Assembly: GCA_965113315.1 (NCBI GenBank)
Contig: OZ220367.1
Length of the DNA stretch: 64,000 nt
Source: Podarcis vaucheri
Taxonomy: Eukaryota
Strand: one strand, 5' to 3'
A program made the translations under genes and the position numbers. Positions within the stretch are counted from its first letter, which is position 1. Every line of letters begins with the position of its first letter. The notes under the pieces were generated by a model, which saw only the letters and a program-made list of their open reading frames with translations, did no database searches and had not been told where the DNA came from. Positions 61,007 through 64,000 of this stretch are shown here, one piece after another.

Positions 61007-63117
61007 TCCACATACAGAAGCCAGCTAGACTGGCAGCTGACTCTTATTTCAACACTGGGGATAGTGTCTCCCTCCCATCATACATGGTGGTAGTAGGCTA
61101 GCTTTGGTAGGGGGTGCAGGACAGGCCTCTGCATCACTCTTCACTCCCTCTTCTCAGCATCTGCTGTCTCGGGTAACTTCCCCACTCTAGCTAATGGTAG
61201 AGCCGGCCCTGGATAAATGAACAGTGTCTGGGCAGCCTATCTGGCTCTTTGCGTAAACCCCGCAATGAATGCAATGTGCCTGACTTAATGGAACGGGCAT
61301 TCCTTAGCTTCTTCATTTTACCTCTGTTGGAACTGCAGGGGTGGAGTTACTGTTTATTGCTGTTAAGTGTATTGTGTTTGTGTATACTGTAATGCCTAGT
61401 AAAGGGTGGCAAGAAATATAACCAGTCAACCAATCGATCAATAATACACCCAACTGCAGTCCAGTCTATAATCAGGGGGAAATGACTGTTTTTATTTATT
61501 TTTTATCACATAAGCCTGCCCAATAACTTAGTCCTCTGTTCATAAAACAGCACAATACCGTACTATTTAAAAATATAGTATCATAAAATCGCTGGTTTGG
61601 TTTTTTTCCAGGATAAACTCTCTGCCTCAGCTTCTTTTTTCTTTTTATTAATTCTTAGATTTTCACTTCTACCTTTTCTTCTCTGCATCATAGCATTACC
61701 CGTGCATGACATTTCTTACAATTCATTTCTTCTCCTTTTAGAAAAGACAACAAGGATTGCTGGAGCACCTTAAATACTCACAAATTTATCACTGCAGAAG
61801 CTAAGTTGTTTTTGCTGCAACACTGAGTAACATATTTCAGCTACCCTTCTTGGAAGTTGCTACCCATTAGTGAATGAACTTGTTCAAACTGATGAACAGA
61901 AGGAGGAAATTTACTCTGCTGGTTGGATTCTGAATGAGGCTTTATAGGAAATCTCAAAGGGAATGAGCCACCAGAAATGTATTTTGCCCAGCTTAGTTTC
62001 TTTACATCCAGCACCCTGAAGAAATATGAACCACAGAACTGTCTCTGATTAAGGATATGATGGCTTGATAGTTTTGCGTGGGAAAGGGTTGATAGCCACA
62101 TATGTCAAAAAAGTTATTGCCTGCCAATAATTATTTTCAGACAAGCTATCTTACCTCTCTCAGATAAGCAGTAATTAAAGCAACCTTCAGCCACCCTTGG
62201 ATTCTCCAGAAGTTTTGGACTACAACTCCCATCAGCCCCAGCCAACCACACTTTGAAAGGTAATTTGGGCTAGATAGATTAGGAAGCACTCAGACAGCTG
62301 AGAAGCACAAGGGGTGACCTTGGGTGAAGGAGAGCCCACGACACTACCTTGGCACCTGAAGATTTTACCCTATAGTGGTTAAAAAATAAAATAATAAACT
62401 ATGGCTGCAGTCCGAACCCCACTTACCTGGGAGTAAGCCCCACTGAATTCAATAGGACTTGCAGCACAATTCTATGTTATTAGCACTCCCAGACACAGCT
62501 CCTCCTGCCTGATGAGAAGGGCAACCGTGCCTTGGGAGAGCAACCATCACTCGCAGAGAAGGAAAGCGAAAGAGAGATTGCAGAAGCCAGCACTTCGAAA
62601 GGGGAAAAAATTCTAGAAGTCATCACTTAAGGGGAAAAAGCTTCACAGTTGGGCTTATCGACTCTGCCCTGCTGCTGTTCTGTCATCTCTAAGCTGGCTC
62701 CAGGTGAGATGTGCAGTGCTGGCAGATGACGCCCCTCTCTCCATCTGGGGCAGGTAAAAGGCGGAATAACTCTCTGGTGTTGCTGAGCGCTGCTGAGCTG
62801 TCATTAGTATGCAAAGAATGTGAGGGGAGTGAAAGACAGAGAAAGTGAGAGAGAGAGGGAGCCAGTTGTTTTATTCATGGCTGGTGATATTACAGACTGA
62901 GTGAAAATCACATTATCGTAATGGGAAAGTTAGAGTTGCTGAGACGATGCCCTGAAGCCTGCACGCTGATTGGGGTGTGATTGCTATCTGTATTTATATG
63001 TAGAAAGCAAAGTTCACTCTCAGTTCAAGATGGTGGCGCCTGCTTCCCTTCATGCTACATAATTCTTTTGCAGGGAGAAGGCAAGAAGAGAGAGGAAACA
63101 TGTGAGTGCCTAACCAG

Positions 63118-63120
<3 letters not shown>

Positions 63121-63190
<70 letters not shown>
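63121..63190. repeat. Compound (TG)n(AG)n microsatellite
   Basis: Directly visible. Other (CA)n tracts occur at ~53479-53503 and ~60969-61004. Confidence 0.95.
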
Positions 63191-63194
<4 letters not shown>

Positions 63195-63851
63195 TGCAGA
63201 GTGCACAGCAAACCCCTCCCTTTCCTTCCCCCCTCAACCATTCCTCCCCAGCCACCCCAGTTCAGGTGTAGTTGCCTTGATACACACCCACCCCAAGGAA
63301 CTACAGGAGAATGGTAGCGCAGATCATCCTTCAAGGCAGCTGATGGTAGAGGAATGCTGGAGAGAGAAGAGCAAAATTATTATACAGCAGTTCCTGGAGA
63401 GGTGTTTGGACACATTACATAGCTAGATGCAACTCTGAGGCAACATGCAAGTGGTCTACCCTTGATACTTTCTCCGACAAGAGGGTCCTGCTCAAACTTC
63501 CACAAGGGGAATTATCGCAAATCAATATACACTGGAGACTTCATAGAGCCTTCTCTGCCCTCCCCTAAAAGTCATCTATAGGTGTAAAATTCCATACTGG
63601 CCACCTCTGAAACCAAGACCTGTCACCTGAAGCTAAGAGCCAAGAGAAGCAGCTCTGTTTTCTGTCCAGAAGAGGGCACTGTGGCACTAGGTAGCCAGGG
63701 TGTGGCCATATAAGAATAGCCCCTCACTGAGAATGTGCTCTCTTGCTTAGGCTAGGACTAGCAGTCCTGGTATTCCCCACAACACCGTTTTTGTTACCCT
63801 CAAGTTCAGATAACATGCTGACTAGCATTTGTCCACCACTAAGCACACCAC

Positions 63852-63925
63852 AGGAGTGTCTGACCTGGCGTGCTCTGGTCCATGGGGTCACGAAGACTCA
63901 GACACGACTAAACAACAACAACAAA
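63852..63925 (+). mobile_element. BovB/RTE 3' end
   Basis: GTCCATGGGGTCACGAAGA...GACACGACTAAAC(AAC)n, with a possible TSD CACACCAC (63844-63851 / 63926-63933). Confidence 0.75.
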
Positions 63926-64000
63926 CACACCACTGCTGCCTATTCCCACTTGTTAAAGGAATGCAGGGACAGGGGGAACACAAGGATGATGGAAATCAGC

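Noticed and set aside
62415-62435. ACTTACCTGG resembling the 5' end of U1 snRNA
   Set aside because: The downstream sequence is not U1; it belongs to a short dispersed repeat.
39000-64000. A second protein-coding gene such as LBX1
   Set aside because: No homeobox or other recognisable coding exon was seen. The listed ORFs are short, low-complexity or TE-derived.

Overview
Vertebrate genomic DNA, most likely from a squamate and probably a lacertid lizard (inferred from Sauria SINEs, BovB tails, other lizard-type tRNA SINEs, CR1/L2/L1 LINEs and abundant Tc1/mariner and hAT MITEs). The only host protein-coding gene I can support is BTRC (beta-TrCP1/FBXW1A) on the minus strand. Coding exon 1 is 38416-38369 (MDPAEAVVQEKALKFM), inside a CpG-island promoter with ZNF143-type motifs. 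After a ~34.7 kb intron comes the 108-nt cassette exon 2 at 3640-3533 (CSMPRSLWLGCSNLADSMPSLRCLYNPGTGALTAFQ); the rest of the gene lies beyond the window start. Positions ~39-64 kb are upstream intergenic DNA, which in mammals is the BTRC-LBX1 interval of the LBX1-BTRC-FBXW4-FGF8 (SHFM3) block. That region holds several repeat-free, homeobox-motif-rich blocks that look like enhancers. The only long ORF (29926-31080) is a young, 5'-truncated L2 LINE. Almost all other listed ORFs are spurious. There are two assembly gaps. I found no evidence for a wholly new gene system. The best second-look items are: a (UC)n tract abutting the weak donor of the BTRC cassette exon, ZNF143-like motifs spread by MITEs, a MITE carrying an internal ~153-bp tandem array, a clean solo LTR, a perfect 23-bp-arm palindrome, and the candidate enhancers.
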